From Acidobacteriota bacterium (GTDB taxonomy: Bacteria > Acidobacteriota > UBA6911), in contig OY761556.1 in the NCBI GenBank assembly GCA_963664705.1, forward strand, positions 3,840,001-3,904,000: DNA of 64,000 nt, in the 5' to 3' direction. Position 1 is the first letter of the stretch. Each line of letters starts with the position of its first letter. Below, one piece after another: positions 47,881 through 56,500 of this stretch. Under the pieces are notes generated by a model. It saw nothing but the letters and a program-made list of their open reading frames with translations, was not told the origin of the DNA and ran no database searches. A program made the position numbers and the translations under genes.

Positions 47881-48663
47881 CTACTTTTTGTCCTCCGGAA
47901 TGTTCCCAAAATGGATCGTCGCCTTTGACCCAAATCGCTTGTAGTCTCCGTAAGTGATTGTTTCCTCTATCCGCACTTCCTGCTCGGGAAATCGAAGCTT
48001 GCTGTCGGCATGCGTCCATACAGGAAACCAATATTTGTCATCAATCACCTGACGAATCGTCTCGAACTCGGGGAACTGGTTTTCCCTCGTTTGCGGAATG
48101 GCCTTGCCGACAGTTTTGACTACCTGTAAATCCTTGTCATCCACCCAGATTTTCCCTTTGAAATAGAGCCGCCCGCCTTTCGTGCTTTTGGGCGAAACCG
48201 AGAAAACATAGCAGTCCAGTTCGTCGGCTTTTTCCTTGCCTTCGTATTTGAGGGTATAAAGAGGCAGTTCGGTTTTGGTCAGGGCAAAAGGATTGATGTT
48301 CTGAAATATTTCCACATCTTCCGGAGACAGGGTCACGGACCGCAAGCGGCCGGATCTTTTCACAAGCTGGACCTCCCGAGAACCGTCATCATTGAAGATG
48401 ACCTCATAGACGAGAGTCTCGCTTTCTTTTTGTGGCGCGCCATCAACGGAAAGAACTCGTATATTGGCTGTCTGGACGTATGCATACTGCATCCACGCCT
48501 CATAGAATTCCTCTTCCTTGCTCGCAAATTGCTCAATGATCTGCTCCGGCGGCAGTTCTCCTGCGGCCGCCGATCGGGCTGCCGGCTGCGACGTCGCCTT
48601 GTTTTGGGCTATAGAATTTACCGACAGCAGCAGGAATACCAGGCAGAGATACCAATGTCTCAC
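47881..48663 (-). CDS. Exported beta-rich protein (LolA/MucB-like fold possible)
   Basis: Signal peptide; FKGKIWVDDKDLQVVK. Confidence 0.6.
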   Translation of the reverse strand: MRHWYLCLVFLLLSVNSIAQNKATSQPAARSAAAGELPPEQIIEQFASKEEEFYEAWMQYAYVQTANIRVLSVDGAPQKESETLVYEVIFNDDGSREVQLVKRSGRLRSVTLSPEDVEIFQNINPFALTKTELPLYTLKYEGKEKADELDCYVFSVSPKSTKGGRLYFKGKIWVDDKDLQVVKTVGKAIPQTRENQFPEFETIRQVIDDKYWFPVWTHADSKLRFPEQEVRIEETITYGDYKRFGSKATIHFGNIPEDKK

Positions 48664-48803
48664 GATGGCTCCTCCACGAACCTTAGATCCTGACCTCGAG
48701 CAATTTTCTCATAATGGAATTCACTTGTCATCGTAGTCAAAAATGCCCATCCGCGTTACGAAATAGCTGGATGGTCCCACTCGATCTGTTTTAGAGTACG
48801 CGC

Positions 48804-49517
48804 ATGTCTCTGAACAATGTATCGATAATTTTGGCCAATACCAAGTACGCTGGGAACATCGGCTCTGCCGCAAGAGCCATGTTCAACATGGGGTTAACCA
48901 GTCTGATCCTTGCAGCCCCGCAATGTGAGATCAATGACGAATCCTATCGCATGGCAAAAAGCGGAAAGGAAATTCTGAATTCGGCCAAGATCTGCTCGAG
49001 TGTGAAAAGTGCCTTGAAAGGAATTCGTTTTCTGGCCGGCACAACCGGAAAAAGCGGTGGCTATCGAACACCTGCCAATGCTCCGCGCACCGCTATTCCG
49101 CAGATACTGGCGCACGCGGACAAACAGAAAGTTGGGATACTGTTCGGGCCGGAAGACACGGGACTGGTCGATGAGGACCTGCAGCTTTGCCAGATGTTAA
49201 TCCGGATCCCAACCTCGCATCGAGGCCACAGCATTAACCTCGCTCAATCGGTAATGATCCTGAGTTACGAACTGCGGATGGGAAGCCTGAAGCGGGAACC
49301 TGCGCGTGTCGTTAAATTGGCCGCGCTTGAACAGGTCGAAGCCATGTATGCACAACTCGAAAATGCCCTGCTGGATATCGGTTTTCTTCAACCGCAAAAT
49401 ACCAAGCACATGATGCTCAGGCTGCGTCAGATGATGGGAAGAGCCGGCCTGGAGCCGGGCGATGTAGGAATCCTCCGTGGCATCGCTCGCCAAATCTCCT
49501 GGTATTCCAAGCGTTAG
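48804..49517 (+). CDS. trmJ: SPOUT RNA methyltransferase, TrmJ type
   Basis: GNIGSAARAM, LFGPEDTGL and SINLAQSV motifs. Confidence 0.88.
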   Translation: MSLNNVSIILANTKYAGNIGSAARAMFNMGLTSLILAAPQCEINDESYRMAKSGKEILNSAKICSSVKSALKGIRFLAGTTGKSGGYRTPANAPRTAIPQILAHADKQKVGILFGPEDTGLVDEDLQLCQMLIRIPTSHRGHSINLAQSVMILSYELRMGSLKREPARVVKLAALEQVEAMYAQLENALLDIGFLQPQNTKHMMLRLRQMMGRAGLEPGDVGILRGIARQISWYSKR

Positions 49518-49626
49518 TGTCGGATCGAAACAACTACTGTTTGCGAGCCTAAGCCATTGATAAGCCCTTATATTCTCCTGACTTGACCGGCTTGGGGGGG
49601 GAAACTTGGTTTCCATACAATATTTG

Positions 49627-49866
49627 AACCGCGAAGACCTCCAAGACCGCAAAGAATACCTTTGGGGCTCATTTTGCTGCAGGGCAATTAGTGAGCATGA
49701 TGAATATGGTCCACCGAACCCATTTGCTTACCTATCTCAAGCTGAGTGAACGTTCCATCGGCTTCTTAATTACCTGGAAGGCCCAGAGAACGATACGCGC
49801 GAAGCTCACAAAAACGCTTTCTTTGCGGTCTTTGCGGTCTTTGCGGTCTTTGCGGTCTTCGCGGTT
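49627..49866. mobile_element. Nonamer-repeat-bounded cassette with a decayed nuclease-like remnant
   Basis: Left arm AACCGCGAAG ACCTCCAAG ACCGCAAAG; right arm (CTTTGCGGT)x4 CTTCGCGGTT; the arms are inverted. Confidence 0.6.
49691..49790 (+). pseudogene. Fragment resembling the C-terminus of a GxxExxY (PD-(D/E)xK) protein
   Basis: VHRTHLLTYLKLSERSIGFLITW resembles my recalled consensus xHxAQLLTYLKLxxxxxGLLINF; the N-terminal GxxExxY part is missing. Confidence 0.6.
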
Positions 49867-49922
49867 ATGGAAAGCCCTTTGATATTGCCTGCACTCCTGT
49901 AGTTATTTCGGTCCGCCCCGGG

Positions 49923-50600
49923 CTATTTCAGGGAAATTTTGTCAGCGGGGAGACGGAAGCCCGGCTGAGACTTTGCGTCTTTCCAGGGAAGACCAAACTG
50001 ATCCAGCAGAAGCCTTTCCGCAGCACTGTGAATGTTCCCCTTCAGGTCGTTGTATTGAAAGAGCACAAGCCTGCTTCGGTTGCCGGAAAGCTCTCCGGAT
50101 TTATCGAACGAATAGAGTCCGGCAAATGTCCCCACCTGTTTTTTCAGCGCCTTTTCGAAAACGGGCAGATCCTGAAGAGACCCTTCCGGGAGGAACTTCA
50201 AAAGCGAATTCGACAAGGGCAGAAGCGCACGCTCATCTTTGATGATAAAGACCTTATCAAATGACAGCTTGTGGGAAGCGAGAGAGGCTTCGGCTAGACT
50301 GAGCATTTCCTCGGCCTGGACACGGAATTCTTTCCTTATATCCTGAAGCTGCCGGGATATATCCTCCCAGTCCACTCTGTCATTGGCATAGTTCACGCAT
50401 TTCGCCACATCCTGCCACCGCACCATTTTGGGGCTGCCCCCGGACTTCGCTTTGCACGGAAATTGCACGGAAGCGGCTTCATACGCCTTTACGACCACGG
50501 CATCAACTCTGGATTGAATTTGGCTCGAAGGAGCCTGGCCGGCCGCCGGGAAAGCCATGCCGACAATAGCGATGCAATACAGTGCTATAGATTTGATCAA
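49923..50600 (-). CDS. Exported hypothetical protein
   Basis: 225-aa ORF with a signal peptide, co-oriented with the HEAT gene. Confidence 0.7.
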   Translation of the reverse strand: MIKSIALYCIAIVGMAFPAAGQAPSSQIQSRVDAVVVKAYEAASVQFPCKAKSGGSPKMVRWQDVAKCVNYANDRVDWEDISRQLQDIRKEFRVQAEEMLSLAEASLASHKLSFDKVFIIKDERALLPLSNSLLKFLPEGSLQDLPVFEKALKKQVGTFAGLYSFDKSGELSGNRSRLVLFQYNDLKGNIHSAAERLLLDQFGLPWKDAKSQPGFRLPADKISLK

Positions 50601-50610
50601 GGCATTATTC

Positions 50611-51510
50611 CTATTTTTTCACGGAAGACGACAGCTTGCGCACGGCGATTTCGGCCGCACCTGCGACGCTGGCATCTTTGTCAAAGGTCAACGGTCTCAA
50701 ATCTCTTACATTCTTCATATCACCCAGCAGCGCAATCGCCGTTATGGCGCTCTGACGAACTCCGGGGTGCTCATCTTTCAGACTTTTCAGGATATTCGGC
50801 ATGGCCTCCCGAGAACCCATGGCAGCCAGACCTTCGATTGCGGCAGCCCTGATCTCAGGCGCCGGATCCGTCATACAGCTCGTCAGCGCCTTCACGGCAG
50901 CCTCGCTCTTTGCTTTGGTGAGGATTTCGATCCCCTTTTCCTTGTCTTCGATGCTGGCGTTTGCCGTCAAAATCTGCAATGCCTGCTCCGGAGTTTCCAC
51001 CATATTATTGTTCTTGGTCACAACACCTGTCCCAAGATAAAGCAGGCTGGGCTGCTGCACCTGAACGGTCCGGGGATAGATGTGAACGATGGTGATGCGG
51101 TCGGCCGCTGCGCCCTGCCCATATTCAAACATCAGGTTGCTCCCGGAGGCAATTCGCTGGATGGTCTCGGGCAGAGGAACATTCTGGATATGGATGGAGA
51201 CAGTCGGGTTTTCCTGAGTCCTTACCTCAAATACAACGCCTGTCCTTTCCGCCAGTTCGCGAAGAACATCCTGAAGCGAGGCTTCGGTGACATCCGCCGT
51301 CACCATCCCTTCCTCGACTCGCATTTTGATGCTGCCCTTACCCGGGGGCTGCGACTCCGAAGGAGCCGCGGGTGTCGGTGCCACTCCGGGACGCATTCTT
51401 CCAAATCTTGGCCCCTGAAATGCGAACAAGCCCGAACACAGGGTCAATATCATAATAACTGTTGTAATAGAAGTACTTGCAAGAATTCGACGGTGCAAAA
51501 TCCCGCGCAT
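50611..51510 (-). CDS. Exported protein: secretin-N/STN-like domain plus HEAT repeats
   Basis: ASLQDVLRELAERTG; DPAPEIRAAA, DEHPGVRQSA and DKDASVAGAA repeats. Confidence 0.72.
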   Translation of the reverse strand: MRGILHRRILASTSITTVIMILTLCSGLFAFQGPRFGRMRPGVAPTPAAPSESQPPGKGSIKMRVEEGMVTADVTEASLQDVLRELAERTGVVFEVRTQENPTVSIHIQNVPLPETIQRIASGSNLMFEYGQGAAADRITIVHIYPRTVQVQQPSLLYLGTGVVTKNNNMVETPEQALQILTANASIEDKEKGIEILTKAKSEAAVKALTSCMTDPAPEIRAAAIEGLAAMGSREAMPNILKSLKDEHPGVRQSAITAIALLGDMKNVRDLRPLTFDKDASVAGAAEIAVRKLSSSVKK

Positions 51511-51556
51511 AAATGCCTCATCACCTGAGACTAAAATTATTTAGATGCATTTTCAT

Positions 51557-51877
51557 TCATTCCGGATTTGGATTTGTGCGGATTTTCATGAATTGGCCAA
51601 AACGATACATCGAGAAGAGGTCCAGCAGCTTTTGATTTGGATTCGCTAGAACGACCTCCCCATTGTTTTCCCGCATCCGTTTATAAAGTCGCAGTATTTC
51701 GCCAACTCCGGAACTGTCGATAAATGGAACTTCTTTGAAGTCGATGACGACCTCCCGCACAGTATCGTCCACTGCGGAATCGAGCCTGCTTTGAAGGACC
51801 GGACAGTACTCAAAGGTAACCTTCCCCCTGATGTAAACGATCCGGCGATCTCCATTAGATTCGACTTGGATGTCCAT
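51557..51877 (-). CDS. STAS-domain anti-sigma factor antagonist
   Basis: IDFKEVPFIDSSGVG with the phosphorylatable Ser. Confidence 0.9.
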   Translation of the reverse strand: MDIQVESNGDRRIVYIRGKVTFEYCPVLQSRLDSAVDDTVREVVIDFKEVPFIDSSGVGEILRLYKRMRENNGEVVLANPNQKLLDLFSMYRFGQFMKIRTNPNPE

Positions 51878-51930
51878 GGCTATTTAGGCCAAAATACTGT
51901 CACATTTCAATCGCGGGAGCAAGCGCCCTG

Positions 51931-52323
51931 ATGCAAGCCGAGGCCTCGAGATTTGTGGTTCACCAGCACAGGACGGGTCGTTCGCACTATGACTTGCGGA
52001 TTGAGCAGAATGGCGTGCTCCGATCGTGGTCGCTGCTAAAGGAACCTCCCCAGCGGGATGGAGACCGCCGACTTGCAATTGAACGGGAGAGTTACTCCCT
52101 GGATTCAATCGACAGCCATCACTATGAAGAAGAAGCTTTCGGCATGGGGCGGGTTTCGCCTTGGGATCGCGGAGAGGCGCACATCGAGGTGGCTTCGGCG
52201 AAAATCCTGCGCGTGTCCTTTGCCGGGGAAAGAATCGCAGGGCAATATGAATTCCGACGCATGCGCTGGTATCCGGGAAATCGCTGGCTGCTTACAAAAT
52301 TGCGCTCGAGCCCTTCCAAATGA
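51931..52323 (+). CDS. Stand-alone LigD 3'-phosphoesterase (PE) domain protein
   Basis: FVVHQH...HYDLRIE...VLRSW...RRLAI...WDRG motifs. Confidence 0.82.
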   Translation: MQAEASRFVVHQHRTGRSHYDLRIEQNGVLRSWSLLKEPPQRDGDRRLAIERESYSLDSIDSHHYEEEAFGMGRVSPWDRGEAHIEVASAKILRVSFAGERIAGQYEFRRMRWYPGNRWLLTKLRSSPSK

Positions 52324-52534
52324 ACCACAAAGTCCCCGCGCGCTGTAACCAACAACCTACTTCTGCTTTGCACGGATTTGCCTTGACAGACTGCCCCTGT
52401 CCATTAGAACCTTAACTTCAAAACAACTTGGCGAGAATGGTTCCCGAATCGCTCGTCGGAGGCTTGAACGCATAACGACTACAATCAGAACTGTCGTTGA
52501 GGGAATGTTTTATTTTTCCAGGGAGTAAATACCT

Positions 52535-53623
52535 ATGACCTGTATTACTCAAAAACAGATCCGAAAGATTGCCGCTCTGGCTGTCGCGGTTCTCATGTTG
52601 GGTGGAAGTGCCAGTCTATTTGCGCAGATCTCGCCTATTTCTGATTATCAGTACAAAAAAGACTTCCCCCAATATGACGCAATCAAAAAAGAAGCGGATG
52701 TCCAGAAGCGGGCCGACGCTTTGCTCGCATTCATAAAAGCGCGTCCCGTCTCGAAAATTTTGCCATTTGCCGCAGCCGACTATCTGGCCTGCGCCCAGCC
52801 GCTCCTGGCTCAAAAGGACTGGGCAAAAGCCATTGCGATGGAAGAGGCATTGCTGGCGGCGCTGCCGACTCCGGAAGTTGCGAAAGCAGCGATTCCGGAG
52901 GGTGTGACGCCTGGATTTGATGATTTCATGAAAGAGCAGCTCGTGCCCACCCAGAAATCAATTTACCAGGCTCTGCTCACAACCTATTACCAATCGCAGA
53001 ACCTCCCCAAGGCGGCGGAAGCGGCGGAAAAGCTGTATGCGCTCAGCCCGGATAAAGAAATTCTCGATCTTCTGGCAAGGATAAACCTGGGCATGAAGAA
53101 CCTCGACAAATATCTGGAATATGCCCAGAAAATAATGGCAGACACTCCGATGGAACAGGGGTATGCCACAGCGCTTCAGATGGCGCAGGTGTATATCGAG
53201 AAGCAAAACGTTCCCAAGGCAACCGAACTGCTTTCCAAAATCATGGAAGTGTACGGCGACAAGGTGCCGCCCAACGTTCCGGAAGCCCAATGGAAGGCAA
53301 CAAGGGCATTTGCCTACGGCGTGATTGCCAGCAGCGTTTATGCGACAAAAGATTATGCGAAGGCAATGGATCTTTATGGAAAAGTCGCCGCCAATGACCC
53401 GACAAGAGAAGATGCACATTACTATATCGGAATGTCCAAGTGGCAGACAAAGGATCCGGAAGGCGCCATTGAAGCCTTCGCCCGATGTGTGGTGCTGAAT
53501 AAGAATTTGGCAAAAAAGGCACAGGGATATCTCGAGGATTTATACAAAGCTCGACACAATAACACTCTGGACGGTCTTGATCAGGTATTGGCTAAGGCTA
53601 AAGCCGATCTGGGCATTAAGTAA
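52535..53623 (+). CDS. Exported TPR protein (paralogue of 17452-18432)
   Basis: Signal peptide ending LFA; helical repeats (AHYYIGMSKWQ). Confidence 0.8.
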   Translation: MTCITQKQIRKIAALAVAVLMLGGSASLFAQISPISDYQYKKDFPQYDAIKKEADVQKRADALLAFIKARPVSKILPFAAADYLACAQPLLAQKDWAKAIAMEEALLAALPTPEVAKAAIPEGVTPGFDDFMKEQLVPTQKSIYQALLTTYYQSQNLPKAAEAAEKLYALSPDKEILDLLARINLGMKNLDKYLEYAQKIMADTPMEQGYATALQMAQVYIEKQNVPKATELLSKIMEVYGDKVPPNVPEAQWKATRAFAYGVIASSVYATKDYAKAMDLYGKVAANDPTREDAHYYIGMSKWQTKDPEGAIEAFARCVVLNKNLAKKAQGYLEDLYKARHNNTLDGLDQVLAKAKADLGIK

Positions 53624-53645
53624 ACAAGCAGCTATCCATTCCGGT

Positions 53646-53700
53646 AGAGGCCGGGTCCCGATCCTTCGGTGGATCATGTTTACGGGGGAACCCGGCCTCT
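53646..53700 (+). other. Strong hairpin in the rho leader
   Basis: AGAGGCCGGGT / ACCCGGCCTCT perfect 11-bp stem enclosing GATCC-TTCGGT-GGATC; no U-tract. Confidence 0.55.
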
Positions 53701-53846
53701 GCAATCCCGCCTGATCTGATCCAATCGTTCAATGAGAGAATGAACTGGTATTTTTCTTAAGCCAGGTGTAGATTGAAGTTCTCCAGTGGTAAGGAATCCA
53801 CTCAGAAGCATGCACCGGCTCAGATCTCATCCCAAATAGGAGTAAC

Positions 53847-55184
53847 ATGGCAGACAAGGACACCCGGTTGAATAACGTTCCTGGCGATAAAAAGATCACC
53901 ATCCAGGAAGCACTGGACAAGGAAGGGGAACAACTTCACATTAGTGAATTGCAGGCCCTCAACATTAAAGATCTGTCCAAAATTGCCAAGAAATACAAGA
54001 TTGCAGAGGCAGGCAAAATGGTTAAGCAGGATCTCATTTTTGCCGTCCTGCAGGCTCAGGCCGAAAAACATGGTCTCATCTTCTCCGAAGGGGTGCTTGA
54101 AGTCCTCCCCGAAGGCTATGGCTTCCTGAGGTCTCCCGACTATAGCTATTTGCCTGGCCCGGATGATATCTACATCTCCCCTTCGCAGATTCGCAAGTTC
54201 GACCTTCGAACCGGCGATATTGTATCGGGGCAGATTCGCATGCCCAATGAAGGTGAACGCTATCTCGCCCTGGTAAAGGTCGACGCGGTTAATTTCGAGC
54301 CACCGGAAGAGGCGCGGCATCGCATTTTCTACGACAACCTGACGCCGCTATATCCACAGGAGAGAATCCGTCTCGAGACCATCCGGGAAAACCTCTCTGC
54401 CCGCGTTATGGATATCTTTACCCCGATCGGAAAGGGTCAGCGTGGCCTGATCGTATCTCCACCCCGAACGGGCAAGACCATGCTGCTGCAGAATATCGCC
54501 AACTCGATCAGCACAAACCACCCCGAAATCTATCTGATTGTTTTGCTGATCGATGAGCGCCCGGAAGAAGTAACCGACATGGAACGATCGGTCAAAGGCG
54601 AAGTCATCAGCTCCACATTCGATGAACCGGCTTCGCGACATGTCCAGGTCGCTGAAATTGTCATGGAAAAGGCAAAGCGGCTTGTGGAGCATAAAAAAGA
54701 TGTGGTCATCCTGCTCGACAGCATCACGCGACTGGCGCGCGCCTACAACACCGTCGTCCCGTCAAGTGGCAAAGTGCTATCGGGCGGCGTCGATGCCAAT
54801 GCCCTGGAAAAACCGAAGCGCTTTTTCGGAGCAGCCAGAAAGATCGAGGAGGGGGGCAGTCTGACCATCATGGCCACCGCACTGATTGATACGGGAAGCC
54901 GTATGGATGACGTGATCTTTGAGGAGTTCAAGGGCACCGGCAATATGGAAATTATTCTCGACCGGAAACTCGTGGACAAACGCATCTTCCCCGCCATCGA
55001 TATCAACCGATCCGGAACGCGAAAGGAAGAACTCCTGGTAGATGGCTCCGACCTTAACAAGATCTGGATCCTCCGGAAGGTGCTGAACCCGCTCTCGATT
55101 GATGAAGCGATGGACCTGCTTCTGGATAAACTCCGAAAGTCGGAAAACAACTCCGAATTCCTAACATCGCTGAACAAAGGGTAG
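53847..55184 (+). CDS. rho: Transcription termination factor Rho
   Basis: [36 protein letters not shown] and FKGTGN motifs. Confidence 0.98.
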   Translation: MADKDTRLNNVPGDKKITIQEALDKEGEQLHISELQALNIKDLSKIAKKYKIAEAGKMVKQDLIFAVLQAQAEKHGLIFSEGVLEVLPEGYGFLRSPDYSYLPGPDDIYISPSQIRKFDLRTGDIVSGQIRMPNEGERYLALVKVDAVNFEPPEEARHRIFYDNLTPLYPQERIRLETIRENLSARVMDIFTPIGKGQRGLIVSPPRTGKTMLLQNIANSISTNHPEIYLIVLLIDERPEEVTDMERSVKGEVISSTFDEPASRHVQVAEIVMEKAKRLVEHKKDVVILLDSITRLARAYNTVVPSSGKVLSGGVDANALEKPKRFFGAARKIEEGGSLTIMATALIDTGSRMDDVIFEEFKGTGNMEIILDRKLVDKRIFPAIDINRSGTRKEELLVDGSDLNKIWILRKVLNPLSIDEAMDLLLDKLRKSENNSEFLTSLNKG

Positions 55185-55206
55185 CCCGGACTATTGTCCG
55201 TAAAAA

Positions 55207-55248
55207 AATGCCACGAATGCCACGAATTATCGTGTAATTCGTGGCATT
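55207..55248. repeat. Nonamer-type hairpin downstream of rho
   Basis: (AATGCCACG)x2; AATGCCACGAATTA / TAATTCGTGGCATT perfect 14-bp IR. Confidence 0.8.
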
Positions 55249-55267
55249 TCTATTTTGGCCGGGATAT

Positions 55268-55296
55268 TTGACTTGCAGTGGGCTGTTCACTAATAT
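55268..55296 (+). promoter_or_regulatory. Sigma70 promoter of the moxR-bat operon
   Basis: TTGACT-N17-TAATAT. Confidence 0.65.
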
Positions 55297-55341
55297 GATT
55301 TTTTTCAAATACTTAAGGATTAAACTCCAATCGAGGGCACC

Positions 55342-56334
55342 GTGGAACTTGCTGCGCATGTCAATGAGATCAACCAGAAAGTCAGAAACGAGGGTGGCTT
55401 TGTCGAACAACTGATCGGCGAAGTGCATCGCGTTATCGTCGGTCAGAAATACATGATCGAGCGCCTTCTGATCGGCCTGCTCACACGAGGCCACGTCCTG
55501 CTGGAGGGGGTCCCCGGCCTGGCCAAGACTCTTGCGATCAAGACTCTTTCCTCGGCAATCAACACCAAATTCCAGCGTATTCAGTTCACGCCGGATCTGC
55601 TGCCGGCAGATCTGATCGGAACCATGATCTACAACCAGAAGGACGGCACATTCTCGCCCAAGAAAGGGCCGGTCTTTGCCAACCTGGTTCTTGCGGATGA
55701 AATCAACCGAGCTCCAGCCAAGGTTCAAAGCGCCTTGCTCGAAGCCATGCAGGAAAGACAGGTAACCATCGGAGAAACAACATACCCGCTGGAAGAACCA
55801 TTCCTGGTTCTTGCAACCCAGAATCCGATTGAACAGGAAGGAACCTATCCGCTACCAGAAGCTCAAATCGATCGATTTATGCTCAAGCTCAGAATTGACT
55901 ATCCCGACCAGAAGGAAGAGCGCCAGATATTGGACTTGATGGCCCAGGATAATCCCATTTCTGTTTCAAAAGTGGTAACGCCATCGGACATTGTCCGCGT
56001 GCGGGAGGTCGTCAAAGAGGTTTATATGGACGATCGAATCAAGGACTATATCGTCCAACTGGTATTCGCGACTCGCAAACCGCACGAATTCAAGCTGGAT
56101 ATCAAAGACCTTATCCAGTTCGGGGCTTCGCCGAGAGCCACGATCTACCTCGCACAGGCTTCGCGCGCCCATGCTTTCATCAAGGGTCGCGGATATGTCA
56201 CCCCGGAGGATATTAAAGCCGTAGGCATGGATGTCCTCCGTCATAGAGTGATTCTGACATACGAAGCCGAGGCCGAGGAGGTTACTCCGGAATCTGTCAT
56301 TACCAGGATTTTCGATGCCGTCCAAGTCCCGTAA
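55342..56334 (+). CDS. moxR: MoxR-family AAA+ ATPase
   Basis: EGVPGLAKT, RIQFTPDLLPAD, DEINRA and ATQNPIEQEGTYPLPEAQ motifs. Confidence 0.95.
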   Translation: MELAAHVNEINQKVRNEGGFVEQLIGEVHRVIVGQKYMIERLLIGLLTRGHVLLEGVPGLAKTLAIKTLSSAINTKFQRIQFTPDLLPADLIGTMIYNQKDGTFSPKKGPVFANLVLADEINRAPAKVQSALLEAMQERQVTIGETTYPLEEPFLVLATQNPIEQEGTYPLPEAQIDRFMLKLRIDYPDQKEERQILDLMAQDNPISVSKVVTPSDIVRVREVVKEVYMDDRIKDYIVQLVFATRKPHEFKLDIKDLIQFGASPRATIYLAQASRAHAFIKGRGYVTPEDIKAVGMDVLRHRVILTYEAEAEEVTPESVITRIFDAVQVP

Positions 56335-56335
56335 C

Positions 56336-56495
56336 AAAATTACGAATTACGGATGACGAATGACGAATTGAAACAAAAATCCGGGCAGTGACATCATCCG
56401 AACTATTTAGCTTCTGAGCCCGGTGACAAACAAATGGAAGAATGAAACATTGAATCAGCCTCCGGTATCTGAGTTCATTCGTAATTCGTAATTTT
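56336..56495. mobile_element. Heptamer-repeat-bounded insert between moxR and DUF58
   Basis: AAAATTACGAATTACGGATGA / TCATTCGTAATTCGTAATTTT (20/21) enclosing about 105 nt of non-coding sequence. Confidence 0.55.
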
Positions 56496-56500
56496 TGACT

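Noticed and set aside
49821-49866. CRISPR array
   Set aside because: Contiguous 9-nt units with no spacers and no cas genes; the same applies to all the 7-mer tracts
49691-49882. 63-aa ORF as a functional gene
   Set aside because: Its tail (SLRSLRSLR) is translated repeat and it holds only a fragment of a nuclease-like domain; treated as a pseudogene
52383-52534. Riboswitch in the leader of the second TPR gene
   Set aside because: Only short weak stems (e.g. AACGAC/GTCGTT) and no recognisable aptamer consensus
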